Positions 63,834 through 64,000 of a DNA stretch of 64,000 nt are shown piece after piece; positions within the stretch are counted from its first letter, which is position 1, and each line of letters begins with the position of its first letter. This DNA is from Eledone cirrhosa (Eukaryota): NCBI GenBank assembly GCA_964016885.1, contig OZ024745.1, forward strand, positions 120,714,001-120,778,000. The letters run 5' to 3'. Under the pieces are notes generated by a model. That model searched no databases, was not told the DNA's origin, and worked only from the letters and a program-made list of their open reading frames with translations. A program made the translations under genes and the position numbers.

Positions 63834-63967
63834 TAATTGTTTCTACTTTTGGCACAATGCCAGCAATTATCTCAGTGTATTACTGGTACTTTATTTTATC
63901 GACCCCCGTAAGGATGAAAAGCAAAGTTAACCTCGGCGGGATTTGAACTCAGAACGTAAAGGGCTGT
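63834..63967 (-). mobile_element. SINE family 1 (5'-truncated)
   Basis: Minus strand CCCTTTACGTTCTGAGTTCAAATCCCGCCGAGGTTAACTTTGCTTTTCATCC. Confidence 0.88.
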
Positions 63968-64000
63968 AGTGATAGGGGTGACCATTATGTAGCGAATAGA

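Overview
AT-rich, repeat-dominated animal genomic DNA. The SINE and LINE families look like those of coleoid cephalopods (octopus-like); this is an inference from family resemblance. No intact cellular protein-coding gene could be supported. Nearly all long ORFs are either by-products of tandem repeats or decayed retroelement ORFs. Main contents: an 18-kb array of about 420 copies of a 43-bp monomer, in perfect phase and with higher-order duplications (7225-25309); a 3.1-kb 48-bp satellite whose monomer matches a dispersed RTE-tail element elsewhere in the window; a 26-bp palindromic minisatellite whose spacers occur in both orientations; an 86-bp x5 repeat; fragments of CR1, RTE, Tx1/L1-like, R4/Dong and Penelope (GIY-YIG, Naiad-like) retroelements; a minimal hammerhead ribozyme motif; a non-autonomous Helitron; hAT, Tc1/pogo and TTAA-type MITEs; and many tRNA-derived SINEs and microsatellites. 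A CpG-enriched, YY1-motif-containing candidate promoter and first exon lies near 0.9-1.4 kb. I found no convincing new multi-gene system. The most unusual signals concern how these tandem arrays arose and mutate.
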